Part shown: one piece after another, positions 37,420 to 46,340 of the stretch
Position numbering within the stretch: the first letter of the stretch is position 1
How the letters are laid out: the number at the start of each line of letters is the position of its first letter
From: an uncultured Nitrososphaerota archaeon
GTDB taxonomy: Archaea; Thermoproteota; Nitrososphaeria; Nitrososphaerales; Gagatemarchaeaceae
Length of the DNA: 64,000 nucleotides
Direction of reading: 5' to 3'
NCBI GenBank assembly: GCA_963838925.1
Contig: CAWISW010000003.1
Coordinates: 352,001 to 416,000, forward strand
The notes under the pieces: generated by a model
The model's input: the letters and a program-made list of their open reading frames with translations, nothing else
Told to the model about the DNA's origin: nothing
Databases searched by the model: none
Translations under genes and position numbers: made by a program

Positions 37420-38109
37420 ATGGAGTTTTCGTCGCTAACTCCTGGCCGGGCGGAGCTCCTTGGAGCCATGACAGGAGACAAGCGAGTTTTCAAACAGACC
37501 CATGGCTACGGTTTCTACAAAGGATACGATTTGTCGAAATATACCCGATACATTACTTCGATTTGTCTTGGAGCCGACAAGGAATGGGGGAAAAGGCTCT
37601 CGGGCATAGCTTTCAAAGAGTTTGGAATTAGAGGATCAATCTACTGGGATCGTGACGAATGGTTCTTGTTCACCAGCTCGGCGAGATTATTCAGAGGTTT
37701 ATCCCCTTACTATTCGCCTGAATGGAATGCTAGGAAATGGAGGGTCAGCCCGGCCATACTGGCGTCTTCGTTGGAGGCGAGATGTCGCTTCGTAAAGGGC
37801 TATTTCGACGCCGACGGCTATCCGTACTTCAATAAATCTAGAAACAAGATTCTGGTGCAGGTCAATTCTGTAAACAACCGGGGACTAATGGATGTGAGAC
37901 AACTTTTGGAAAGCATGGACTTCCATCCCGGACTCTACAAGCGCTACCGAGACAAAGCGGTTTGGGAGGTCACGATTCAAAGAAAGCAAGAAATCGTGCG
38001 GTTTTCCAGGGAAATTGGTTTTAGCATCGCCAGAAAGCAGAAACGCCTATTGCGAATGATAAATCGCAAATGGCCCGGCTTAATAGTGAGTAGCGAGGGA
38101 AGGATTTGA
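37420..38109 (+). CDS. Free-standing two-motif LAGLIDADG endonuclease-like protein
   Basis: AELLGAMTGD and FVKGYFDADG; basic; lower GC; stop lies antisense within the tRNA. Confidence 0.8.
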   Translation: MEFSSLTPGRAELLGAMTGDKRVFKQTHGYGFYKGYDLSKYTRYITSICLGADKEWGKRLSGIAFKEFGIRGSIYWDRDEWFLFTSSARLFRGLSPYYSPEWNARKWRVSPAILASSLEARCRFVKGYFDADGYPYFNKSRNKILVQVNSVNNRGLMDVRQLLESMDFHPGLYKRYRDKAVWEVTIQRKQEIVRFSREIGFSIARKQKRLLRMINRKWPGLIVSSEGRI

Positions 38110-38187
38110 ACCTTCGCTCTGCGGGTTATGAGCCCGCCGGGATAACAACCAACGCCTTTTGGGCGCACCTGGCTTCCCCACCTCGCT
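38091..38187 (-). tRNA. Initiator tRNA-Met(CAT) with a 22-nt D-loop intron (38146-38167)
   Basis: A1-U72, three G-C anticodon-stem pairs, BHB central helix GCCA/TGGT; CCA not encoded. Confidence 0.92.
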
Positions 38188-38293
38188 AAGCTGAAACACC
38201 CGATTTCTGACTCTTATATCCTTCTCGGAGTCTTGAGGTCCTAAGATTCGCGCGATTCTAGGATTGATGGGGCGACCAGAGAACAAGGCGTTT

Positions 38294-38545
38294 CTAGGAA
38301 GTCACGGGAGAAGGCGGAGTGACCTTCTTGGAACCAGGTTCCGAGATTAGTATGAAACCCGCCAAAATCAACGCAAATCCCACATATTCGAAAATGGGAT
38401 TGGAGCTTGTAATGCAATCTCCGGGAGGGGAAGCGCAACCAGTTAGAGGGAAGAATCTGCTCAGAAACAAGAATCCGCCTACCAAGAGGAATATTCCCGT
38501 CGCCAACACGATCCATCCCAAACGGCGGACCTGACTCTTCCTCAT
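38294..38545 (-). CDS. Small 2-TM membrane protein
   Basis: Two TM helices with a Cys pair in the loop. Confidence 0.6.
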   Translation of the reverse strand: MRKSQVRRLGWIVLATGIFLLVGGFLFLSRFFPLTGCASPPGDCITSSNPIFEYVGFALILAGFILISEPGSKKVTPPSPVTS

Positions 38546-38712
38546 GTCTCTAGAATCTTCACCCTCTAAGATAAGCGTGCGCCGAGCCTAAGACGCGGGC
38601 GGCGTCGTCCAGGCATTGACAGGAAGAATGTGACGTGCATCTACGAGAGCCCAACGTATCGCCCGTTTCGTTACGTGTGACTGTAAAGAAATGAGTGTGA
38701 AAAGAGCCTAAA

Positions 38713-39252
38713 CTAACTTCTCTGGAGAACTAGGCTCTCGGCATCCACCCCAACCGCAGCGTCAACGTCTTCCTTGAGCCGCCTGAGCCTTTGCACGTCG
38801 TGCCCCTTCCTGACGAAGCGCTTGACCTCCTCCTCGAAGGGCCTCGCCGTGTCTCCTTCCAGCATCTTGTCGGCGAAGCAGACTATCTTCTCCTCGAGGG
38901 TCCTAGGGACGTATTCCCCCGCGGGGAACTTTAGCGCGACAGCCTCCTCGTGCGAGATCCCCGCGCCGACGTGCCTCTTGACTATCTCCACGACGACACC
39001 GTCCACTCCTTCCTTCTGCAACAGCTCCGCCCCGACGTACCCGTGAGCCACCGTCTGTATCTGTGTCCGCCCGATGTCGTGGAGGAGCGCTCCCGCGACC
39101 GCGGCCTCCTGGTTGACGAGGTTCCCGCGCGACGCAGCCTTCTCGGAGAGCAGCCTCGAGATGGTGGCGCACGCCTGGCAGTGGCTGACGATGCGCTCGT
39201 TGCTCCCATACTTCTTGTGGAGGGCCAAGGCCTGCTGCGCGCTGGGAATCAT
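38713..39252 (-). CDS. HD-domain (HDIG) phosphohydrolase
   Basis: LLHDIGR, HGYVG, RHVGAG, EEKIVCFAD. Confidence 0.88.
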   Translation of the reverse strand: MIPSAQQALALHKKYGSNERIVSHCQACATISRLLSEKAASRGNLVNQEAAVAGALLHDIGRTQIQTVAHGYVGAELLQKEGVDGVVVEIVKRHVGAGISHEEAVALKFPAGEYVPRTLEEKIVCFADKMLEGDTARPFEEEVKRFVRKGHDVQRLRRLKEDVDAAVGVDAESLVLQRS

Positions 39253-39287
39253 TCAATCACGGTCTTGGCCGGCGGAGAGAGAAGAGG

Positions 39288-39803
39288 TCACTTTGCGATC
39301 GTGATGTCTTCTTCGAGCTGGTTGATCTTCCACTTCAGCGCCTCCTTCAGCTCGGTGTTGTCTATCCTGTTGAGCGGCCTCTGGCAGGTGGGGCACTTGA
39401 AGAAGGTCTCCATGGCCTCCTCGAAGGTCCTGGTGACGCACGTGGGCGTCCCGCAGAAGTAGAACTCGCGAGTCTCCTCGTGGTCGAGGCGCTGCTTGAG
39501 CCTGTTGAGTATCTTCTTCTTCTGGGTCTGGATGAACCCGTCTGTCTGGTCGCGCTGCGCCTTCCACCTGTACACGAACCACCCCCTCTTCGGGTCCCTG
39601 ACCCTGACTCCCGAGATGAGGCTCCTCCCGAAGAGGTCGTAGAGGGCCTTCCTGACCGTCTTGATCTTGAGGCCCGTGGCCGAGGCGATCTCCTCGTCCG
39701 TGGCGTTCTCGTTGTTGAGCAGAGCCCGGGCTACCCGGACGTAATCGGGGCCGCCGATGAGGCCCGCGACCTTCACAAAAGTATCCTCGTATTCTATTTT
39801 CAC
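39288..39803 (-). CDS. tfe: Transcription factor E (TFIIE alpha)
   Basis: TDEEIA...VRKALY, GWFVYRW, FEEAME..FKCPTC. Confidence 0.92.
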   Translation of the reverse strand: MKIEYEDTFVKVAGLIGGPDYVRVARALLNNENATDEEIASATGLKIKTVRKALYDLFGRSLISGVRVRDPKRGWFVYRWKAQRDQTDGFIQTQKKKILNRLKQRLDHEETREFYFCGTPTCVTRTFEEAMETFFKCPTCQRPLNRIDNTELKEALKWKINQLEEDITIAK

Positions 39804-40330
39804 GGTTTCTGTTCTACCTGCTTTCCGTTCGCAGAAGGAACGATCCTTAGCTTGTAATCGCCGAACACCTTCTTAAGCTCTTCCCCCTTTTGCAGGTCGT
39901 GGATCGTTATCGCGAGGGCCGCGACCTCCGAATGGGGCTGCGACGTCACCGCGATGTTGTAGTCCGCCATCTTGTAGACCTCCCCTGGGACCTTCGGGCC
40001 TCCGACGGCGATGAGGAAGCTGTCTCGCTTCCTTAGCTCGGCTATCTTGTCTTGGAGCGGGCCGCCGTACATGGTTAGGTGGACGATGGTCCTCCCCTCG
40101 GCCTTCGAGTCCTGGAAGACGCGCTTCCACTTCTCCTCGACTATCGCAAAGTCACCGCCCCACGTGCGGTTTACCTCTCCCACCGTCTCGGCGAGCTCCT
40201 TCTCCACCTCCTCGAGATAGATTGCCTCCGCCCCGAGCGCCCTCGAGACGAGGCACAGGTGGGTTAGCGTGCGGTAGTCGCGTACGTACCTGTGGCCGAC
40301 CCTGACGACCTTGACGCTCTTCAGCCCCAA
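39800..40330 (-). CDS. trm56: tRNA (cytidine56-2'-O)-methyltransferase
   Basis: GHRYVRDYR, VHLTMYG, KVP...ADYN...QPHSEVAAL. Confidence 0.93.
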   Translation of the reverse strand: MGLKSVKVVRVGHRYVRDYRTLTHLCLVSRALGAEAIYLEEVEKELAETVGEVNRTWGGDFAIVEEKWKRVFQDSKAEGRTIVHLTMYGGPLQDKIAELRKRDSFLIAVGGPKVPGEVYKMADYNIAVTSQPHSEVAALAITIHDLQKGEELKKVFGDYKLRIVPSANGKQVEQKP

Positions 40331-40331
40331 C

Positions 40332-41429
40332 TCAAAGGGGCACCTTGCCCTCTATGCCCTCCTCCTCGGCCATCTCGCTGAGCTTCAAGTCGGCGAGCCC
40401 GAGGAGGTTCTCGACTCCCTGCCCCGTCTTAGACGAGATCTCTACCATGTCGACGGGACCGAGCGCGTGCTTCCTCTCCTCGATGAGCTCCGCTGGCGCG
40501 AGGTCGCACTTGTTGAGGACGAAAATCGCCCTCGATGGCTTCACCATCAGCTCCGTCAGCGCCTGCGCGGAGCTCTCGTAGCTCCTCAGGAACTTCTCGG
40601 CGGACTGGCTGACGTCGAGGAGGAGAAAGACCACGCTCGCGTAGGATATCTCCTCCAGGGTGGACTTGAACGACTCGATGAGGTACGGAGGGAGGTTGCT
40701 GATGAAGCCGACCGTGTCCGTGAGGAGGGTCTTCCTGTCCCCGACCATTACGGCCCTCGTCGTGGGCGCGAGCGTCGTGAAGACCCCCGCGTCGACGCTC
40801 TTCGACTCCCCCGTCAGCTTGTTGAAGAGGCTGGTCTTCCCGGCAGCCGTGTAGCCCGCGAGGGCTATAGTGGGGAACGCGAGCTTCCTCCTGTGCTCCC
40901 GGAAGAGCTCCCTCCTCTTCGCGACCCCTTCGACCTTCTTCCTCAAGACGGAGACGCGGCTCTTCATCATCCTCGTGTAGACGTCGGCCTCGTACTTGCC
41001 AAGGCCGAAGAACCCCGGCTGCTCTCCCTGCCTAGCCATCTTGACGCTCTCCCTCGCCCTTGGGAGCTCGTAGACGAGCTCAGCGAGCTGGACCTGGAGC
41101 TTCGCCTCGGCGGTCGAGGCCCTCATCGCGAATATCTCGAGTATCACCTTCTCCCTGTCCTTGACCTCCACCTTGCAGAGCTTGGCGAGCGCGTAGGCCT
41201 GCGAGGCCCTCAGCGCCTCGTCGAATAGGACGATGCCCGCTCCCTTCTCCCTCACCTCCCTCGCGAGCTCCTCGGCCTTCCCGCTGCCCACCCCGTACTT
41301 GGCGTGGTGCAGGAAGCCCTGTGTGACTACGCCGATGGGCTCGTATCCCGCGGCCTCCGCGAGAGCCTCTGCTTCCTCTATGGTGTCCCTGTCGGGGCGC
41401 GCTACCAGGAGCGCCTTTCGCGCGCTCAG
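40332..41429 (-). CDS. hflX: GTPase HflX
   Basis: GSGK, EAKLQVQLA, GYTAAGKTS, FTTL, DTVGF, NKCD; frame extends to CTG 41429 overlapping the mbf1 stop. Confidence 0.9.
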   Translation of the reverse strand: MSARKALLVARPDRDTIEEAEALAEAAGYEPIGVVTQGFLHHAKYGVGSGKAEELAREVREKGAGIVLFDEALRASQAYALAKLCKVEVKDREKVILEIFAMRASTAEAKLQVQLAELVYELPRARESVKMARQGEQPGFFGLGKYEADVYTRMMKSRVSVLRKKVEGVAKRRELFREHRRKLAFPTIALAGYTAAGKTSLFNKLTGESKSVDAGVFTTLAPTTRAVMVGDRKTLLTDTVGFISNLPPYLIESFKSTLEEISYASVVFLLLDVSQSAEKFLRSYESSAQALTELMVKPSRAIFVLNKCDLAPAELIEERKHALGPVDMVEISSKTGQGVENLLGLADLKLSEMAEEEGIEGKVPL

Positions 41430-41869
41430 ATTCCCGTCGGCCTGCCGCCCTCGAGCTCTGAGAGGGAGACTAACAGATTGATCTTCAGCTGGTGCATGAA
41501 CTTCCTCGTCAGCGTGAGGTCGGGCTTTATCTTCTTCGACTCGACCATCCTGATCACAGAGGGCTTTTCGCTGAGGAGCTGCCCCAGCTGCTCCTGAGAT
41601 AGTCCGAGCTTCTCCCTCGCCTGCCTGATCTTCAGGTTGTACTCCGGGTCCACGTCGAACTCTACCTCTATGGGCTGAATCGGCCTCGAGGACATCGTCC
41701 TCAGCGTGTTCTGCACCGGGGTGGCCCTGTGCAGCGCCGGGGCTGCCGGGCCGAGCGGCTTGCCCAGCTTCGCGCAGTTGTTACAGACGACCATGGTGGC
41801 CCCGTCTATCAAAACCCTGTTTGGAGACGCCCTGAGGGGAGAGCCGCAAACCTCGCATGCAGCTTTCAT
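41426..41869 (-). CDS. mbf1: Archaeal multiprotein bridging factor 1
   Basis: CEVCG...CNNC zinc ribbon + IRQAREKLGLSQEQLG HTH. Confidence 0.9.
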   Translation of the reverse strand: MKAACEVCGSPLRASPNRVLIDGATMVVCNNCAKLGKPLGPAAPALHRATPVQNTLRTMSSRPIQPIEVEFDVDPEYNLKIRQAREKLGLSQEQLGQLLSEKPSVIRMVESKKIKPDLTLTRKFMHQLKINLLVSLSELEGGRPTGI

Positions 41870-41919
41870 GAACGGCTATCCGTTTTGGACTCGCCTTAAA
41901 CACTTCGCTGGTCGGTCTT

Positions 41920-42096
41920 CTAGAGTGCGTCTTGCTTTCGCAACGAATCCCTGATCGTGAACAGGTTGGCAAGCGTCGCAATCTCTGACTCGACGTCCTC
42001 CCTGGATCTCTCCATCGCAGCCAAGACTCTCTTCTTCACCATAGGTATCATCGCCTCAGTAATTTCTCCAAGCCTATCGTCTATCTCGGCGCTCAA
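41920..42096 (-). CDS. Small protein B of two-gene module 2 (58 aa)
   Basis: MSAEIDDRLGEITEAMIPMVKKRVLAAMERSREDVESEIATLANLFTIRDSLRKQDAL; TTGA overlap with A. Confidence 0.6.
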   Translation of the reverse strand: MSAEIDDRLGEITEAMIPMVKKRVLAAMERSREDVESEIATLANLFTIRDSLRKQDAL

Positions 42097-42236
42097 CGCC
42101 TTCGTCGCATTCTGGACATGTCAAGCGTCTCGTTGACCCACTTTTCAAAGGCGACAGGGTCTGCGAGGAGCTTCTTCACGTACTCGCTCGCCCTTGCGAC
42201 GTCTTCGTCAGAAGGGGCCTTCTTGAGCCTCGACAT
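42093..42236 (-). CDS. Small protein A of two-gene module 2 (47 aa)
   Basis: MSRLKKAPSDEDVARASEYVKKLLADPVAFEKWVNETLDMSRMRRRR; TATA cttaatat upstream. Confidence 0.6.
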   Translation of the reverse strand: MSRLKKAPSDEDVARASEYVKKLLADPVAFEKWVNETLDMSRMRRRR

Positions 42237-42326
42237 GTTGTTGTTTAGAAGCCTCAGGGACATATTAAGCATACACGCGTCGTAGATTTTTAGATAGGCC
42301 TCGCGACACCGCCTTCGCATCTCCAA

Positions 42327-42806
42327 ATGAGGCTACTCGACGGCCGGAAGCAGTTCTCCATCATGCTGGACTATGAGTTCGGCGTGGGGACCAGCAGGGT
42401 CCTCCCAAAGACCGGCCTCACGTTCATCTACTCGAAGCGCTCGGACAGGCTGAAGCACGTCGTCCACGACGACAAGCTTTTCGCCACCGTCAGGCCCAAC
42501 GGCACCATTTCCCCGACGTTCTATGGTGCCTGCGTCCTAATCAAGTCCAAGGCATACGCGGAGAACTCGGTGGTCGTCGAGCAGGCGGCGGTCGAGTTCG
42601 TGAAGGAGGGCAAGTCGGTCTTCTGCAAGTTCGTCAAGAAGGTGGGCAAGCACGTCCTTCCCTCGGGGGAGGTGGCCGTGCTAGACCCCTCGGGGAATGT
42701 CATCGCCGTTGGGAGCGCGAAGATGCACGGAGACTTCATGCGCGAGTTCAAGCACGGCGTCGCCGTGAAGACGAGAGGGGCCGCCGACGTCCCCTCTGAC
42801 GAGTAG
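42327..42806 (+). CDS. PUA-domain RNA-binding protein (TgtA C-terminal-like)
   Basis: LDYEFG, GKSVFCKFV, IAVGSA, GVAVKTR. Confidence 0.82.
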   Translation: MRLLDGRKQFSIMLDYEFGVGTSRVLPKTGLTFIYSKRSDRLKHVVHDDKLFATVRPNGTISPTFYGACVLIKSKAYAENSVVVEQAAVEFVKEGKSVFCKFVKKVGKHVLPSGEVAVLDPSGNVIAVGSAKMHGDFMREFKHGVAVKTRGAADVPSDE

Positions 42807-42869
42807 CCGGGCCAGCACAACGATGGCTTTAAGGCTGGACTCGACAACAGCGGAGGTCAGGGAAGACGC

Positions 42870-43208
42870 ATGGGAATGAAGATCAACGACAGGAACGCGC
42901 GCCGCATGATGGAGCGCATGGGAATCAACCAGAAGGAGATTCCAGACGTCCAAGAGGTAATCATAAGGACGGCCACCAAGGACTTGGTAATCGCCGACGC
43001 ATCCGTCTCAGAGGTCGTCTTCCAGGGCAACAGGGTATTCCAGGTCGCGGGAGAGGTGGAAGAGGTCGCCAAGGAGGTCAAGAAGTTCTCCGACGACGAC
43101 ATCACCCTGGTCCAGCAGCAGGCCAATTCGACGAGAGAGAAGGCCATAGCCGCGCTCGAGCAGTCAGACGGCGAGGTGGCTAAGGCCATCATGCTCCTGA
43201 CTTCCTGA
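42870..43208 (+). CDS. nac: Nascent polypeptide-associated complex protein
   Basis: RMMERMGI...VQEVII; UBA-like DDITLV...GEVAKAIM. Confidence 0.92.
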   Translation: MGMKINDRNARRMMERMGINQKEIPDVQEVIIRTATKDLVIADASVSEVVFQGNRVFQVAGEVEEVAKEVKKFSDDDITLVQQQANSTREKAIAALEQSDGEVAKAIMLLTS

Positions 43209-43291
43209 TTTTCGCAACTCCAGGGCCTTCGATTCAGGAACCTTCCTTCCGCGGTTTACAAACGGTTCTGTTCCGTTGATTAGGTGGTCGC

Positions 43292-44488
43292 TCATGGTGT
43301 TTCACTTTGGGTGGTAAGCGCCTTGGTGAGGAGGGTTAGCCACTTCTGTTCCCCTTGAACCCCGATTCCCGCCGCGTCTGCGGGGGTCTGCCCTTCCAAG
43401 GCCTCATGGGGCTTGACAAAGTTATAGTGAATCCGCTGGCCTTCGGCCAGCGTGGTCTTCATCGACTTCCATCCGCGCTGAACCTTGATTCTCTCACGAA
43501 GGGTGCCGTTCATCCTCTCGACCCGGTTGTTATTGGCGTGAGGCTTGCCGACACCCATCCTCGCCACCAACTCAGGCCTCGCGCTCTCCCCTTCCCAATA
43601 GGTCAAGGCCTGCGGGTAGGCGCTCAAGCCGTCTGCGAATATCTTCTCAGGCTCGCTCCCGTTGGCGTTCCGTCTTGCCTCGTTGAAGACCGCTACGGCC
43701 CCGTTCACATTCCTGTGCTGTGAAAGTCTGGACGCGAGAAGAAATCTCGTCTTCCTGTCCATCACATTCCAGAGGTAGGCCATGTTCTTCTGCGGCTTGC
43801 TTCTGTCCATGCCTCCCTTCGCTGTCTCTCCACCCCTCATCTTCACGAAGACCTCATCCGCCTGCCATGTCTCTGAAAGTTGGGGGGTCAGGCTGTTCAC
43901 ATACTCGGAAATCTTCGGCACGAAGGTTTCAATCCACCGATAGATTGAGGTCGCGCCCATCTCCGTCCCGAATTGGCTGTTCACGGTTCGGGCAATCTTG
44001 CGAAGGCTCATGCCTGAAAAGTAGAGGTCGAGGGTGAGACTGACAACCTCCGGCGTGTATCTCGACCCTCTGATTAGCGCCTGCTCTCTGAACCTGTGGC
44101 CGCAATCGTTGCACTTGAAGGCCTGCCTGCCGTGCGAGTTTCCAAACCGGATGACCTTGATCGACCCGCACTTTCCGCATTGAACCGCGTCGTCTGCGAA
44201 GACCTTTGGCTTGGGCTTCTGCTGAATCTCGACCCTTGCGGCAATCCACAGCTTGACCGCGAGCGCATGCTTGCAGGCCTCTATCTGGTCGGCTCTGGTC
44301 TCAAAGTCCGGACATGAACAGACCCACGATTGGCCGAGGAGTCGGACTTCATAGGCGAGGCCTTCCTTGCTTTGGGACGGGACGCTGAACGAGCCGTTCT
44401 GATTCTCGGTTATCCTGTTCTGCTCACAGATTACGAGCGCTTTCGTCATTCTTGCATCCCCCGCGTTTTGCTGAGACATGTTAGGCAC
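43292..44488 (-). CDS. IS6/IS240-type DDE transposase with SWIM finger and zinc ribbon
   Basis: CSCPD...CKH, CGKC...CNDC, WQADE, FADG, NNRVERMN. Confidence 0.9.
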   Translation of the reverse strand: MPNMSQQNAGDARMTKALVICEQNRITENQNGSFSVPSQSKEGLAYEVRLLGQSWVCSCPDFETRADQIEACKHALAVKLWIAARVEIQQKPKPKVFADDAVQCGKCGSIKVIRFGNSHGRQAFKCNDCGHRFREQALIRGSRYTPEVVSLTLDLYFSGMSLRKIARTVNSQFGTEMGATSIYRWIETFVPKISEYVNSLTPQLSETWQADEVFVKMRGGETAKGGMDRSKPQKNMAYLWNVMDRKTRFLLASRLSQHRNVNGAVAVFNEARRNANGSEPEKIFADGLSAYPQALTYWEGESARPELVARMGVGKPHANNNRVERMNGTLRERIKVQRGWKSMKTTLAEGQRIHYNFVKPHEALEGQTPADAAGIGVQGEQKWLTLLTKALTTQSETP

Positions 44489-44549
44489 CTAAGTATTAGA
44501 TACCTAACTATATCAACCTTTAGGTATCTAATCCTTATTAGGCTCCTAA
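44481..44549. promoter_or_regulatory. Four TTAG-N4-CTAA palindromic operators in the divergent promoter
   Basis: 44481-44492, 44496-44507, 44520-44531, 44538-44549; fifth copy at 45575-45586. Confidence 0.75.
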
Positions 44550-44566
44550 GAGAAGGCCTTGGAGTA

Positions 44567-44731
44567 ATGAGGTTGCAGAAGCAGAAGACGCGAGAGGTGA
44601 AGGGGAAGGAATACTTCCGGTGGACGGTTGTGATTCCGCCCGATGAGGTGGAGGGACTTGGATGGAAAGAAGGAGAGGAACTAAGGCCAAAGAGAGAGGG
44701 TAAGAAGTTGGTCATTGAGAAGAATCCTTGA
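44567..44731 (+). CDS. AbrB/MazE-like small DNA-binding protein
   Basis: VVIPPDEVEGLGWKEGEEL; ATG 44567. Confidence 0.8.
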   Translation: MRLQKQKTREVKGKEYFRWTVVIPPDEVEGLGWKEGEELRPKREGKKLVIEKNP

Positions 44732-45557
44732 TGTCGGTTGCCCTCTCTTCGCCTGACTGTCTCTTCCTGATTTCTTCATAGTATTTCAGGCTCATTTCCT
44801 CTCTTACCTTCTCAGCGAATTCTTCGAATGTCTTGTCGTCTTTGAAGTATCTATCTACGGCGCTCGCTTCCCATGTCTTGAACGCCACTCTCTTGAGATA
44901 GGACTCGGATAACCACTTCCAGTCGTTGAAGTGGGGGTCTAATACCGAACCCTCAGGAGTCTTCTCCATTTCCCGAAAGTCCATCTGATGAGGCTTCGAA
45001 TCTGGTTCGAGAATGATGACATCGGGAAGCCCGCCGACACTTTCATCGAGTTCCAACCTCTCCACCATGCTGATTGCGAAGAATGAACCTCTCCACATGT
45101 GCAAGATGCTGGAATCATACTCGTGGAGTAGTCTTACAAAGGGAGAGGCGTAGGGCGAGCCATGACCGACTATCGAGTAGGTCTCGACTTCCTCTGAGAA
45201 TCCCTCTTCCTCGATCAACTTGATTCTTGGAGCGCCCGAAGTGAGCTTGTCGAGGCCCATAATCAGGACTCCAAACCCGGGCCAGTTGTATCCAAATCTG
45301 GGCCTGTAGCGCTTGTAGAGTTCGCTAACGATGTCCTCAGCTTTCATCGCAAGAGAAGTGAAGTCCTTTGCCTCTATCTCCTTCATTTGCGGAAGGAAAT
45401 AGTCCAGCATGAACTTTCCGCCCGCCGCACCTATTACGGCACCATTAGGAAGGATGAACATCTTTTCCTGCTCCTCGGCCTCGTATCCACTTAGAACGCG
45501 CCTATCTGCTACCATCACCGCGCCATTCTTGGACTTCTGCGCCACGATGCAAGTCAT
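44712..45557 (-). CDS. Proteasome-beta-like Ntn-hydrolase (transposon cargo)
   Basis: M-TCIVA...GAVMVADRR...EK...IGAAG...VGHGSPYA...D.SVGG. Confidence 0.75.
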   Translation of the reverse strand: MTCIVAQKSKNGAVMVADRRVLSGYEAEEQEKMFILPNGAVIGAAGGKFMLDYFLPQMKEIEAKDFTSLAMKAEDIVSELYKRYRPRFGYNWPGFGVLIMGLDKLTSGAPRIKLIEEEGFSEEVETYSIVGHGSPYASPFVRLLHEYDSSILHMWRGSFFAISMVERLELDESVGGLPDVIILEPDSKPHQMDFREMEKTPEGSVLDPHFNDWKWLSESYLKRVAFKTWEASAVDRYFKDDKTFEEFAEKVREEMSLKYYEEIRKRQSGEERATDIKDSSQ

Positions 45558-45591
45558 CGGCTTGCGATAGAGCTTTAGGTTCCTAAAAGGC

Positions 45592-45882
45592 TTGCGAGGG
45601 TGCGAGTTGCCATACGGATACGGGGTAGTCGGAATTTCGACATTCGCGGGTTTCATCTTCGGAATATGGCTCCAATTTTCGCAACCTACCAACAGCGAGT
45701 CACTCCAATACATCGGTTATCTGCTCTTGGCGGTCGGACTGGTCAGCATGTTCGGGAATAGGAAGGCCGTTACCGGATTTCCGGGCGGTTTGTTGACGGG
45801 CGTTGGACTCGGAATCACCCTTGCCTCCGAGCCCGGATTCAGGCAATCCTTTTCCAATTTCTTCCCCTCGGCAGGACAATAG
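45592..45882 (+). CDS. Small membrane protein (transposon cargo)
   Basis: Three hydrophobic segments; start uncertain. Confidence 0.5.
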   Translation: MRGCELPYGYGVVGISTFAGFIFGIWLQFSQPTNSESLQYIGYLLLAVGLVSMFGNRKAVTGFPGGLLTGVGLGITLASEPGFRQSFSNFFPSAGQ

Positions 45883-46099
45883 AAGAAAGAACAGGGCGAG
45901 AACGAAAAACAACAACCCGGCTTGAGGGATTCTAAGAATCAAGGTGAGGCCGCCGACTGCGAGGAAAAGCCCGAAGAGTCGTCTCGCCACCCCCTTCTGG
46001 AACGCCCGCAACCTTACGGAATCAACGGAACAGAACCTTACAAACGGTCAGATATGCATAAATACGGTTCACCAAAGCAACGGAAGCACAGAGTTTCAA

Positions 46100-46324
46100 A
46101 TGCCAGTAGTCGACCCTGAGCTTGCAATTGCCGCCGCACTCGTGATGGCAGGCGGCCTGATCGGAACCGGTATCGCCCAGCAGGGCATCGGCGCTGCTGG
46201 CATGGGAATCATCGCCGAGAAACCCGAGAAGTTCGGCCAGGTTCTCTTCTTCTTCGTCATCCCAGAGACCCTGTGGATTATCGGCTTCGTTCTCGGAGTA
46301 ATCCTACTCCTCAACATCCTCTAA
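46100..46324 (+). CDS. atpK: A/V-ATP synthase subunit K (c)
   Basis: GTGIAQ...IPETL; single hairpin proteolipid. Confidence 0.9.
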   Translation: MPVVDPELAIAAALVMAGGLIGTGIAQQGIGAAGMGIIAEKPEKFGQVLFFFVIPETLWIIGFVLGVILLLNIL

Positions 46325-46340
46325 GGGGCTGTCTATTCCC

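Larger units (their letters stand above)
43264..46037. mobile_element. IS6-family cargo-carrying transposon (2774 bp)
   Basis: Perfect 18-bp TIRs GGTTCTGTTCCGTTGATT (43264-43281, 46020-46037); 8-bp direct repeat TTACAAAC (43256-43263, 46038-46045). Confidence 0.93.
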
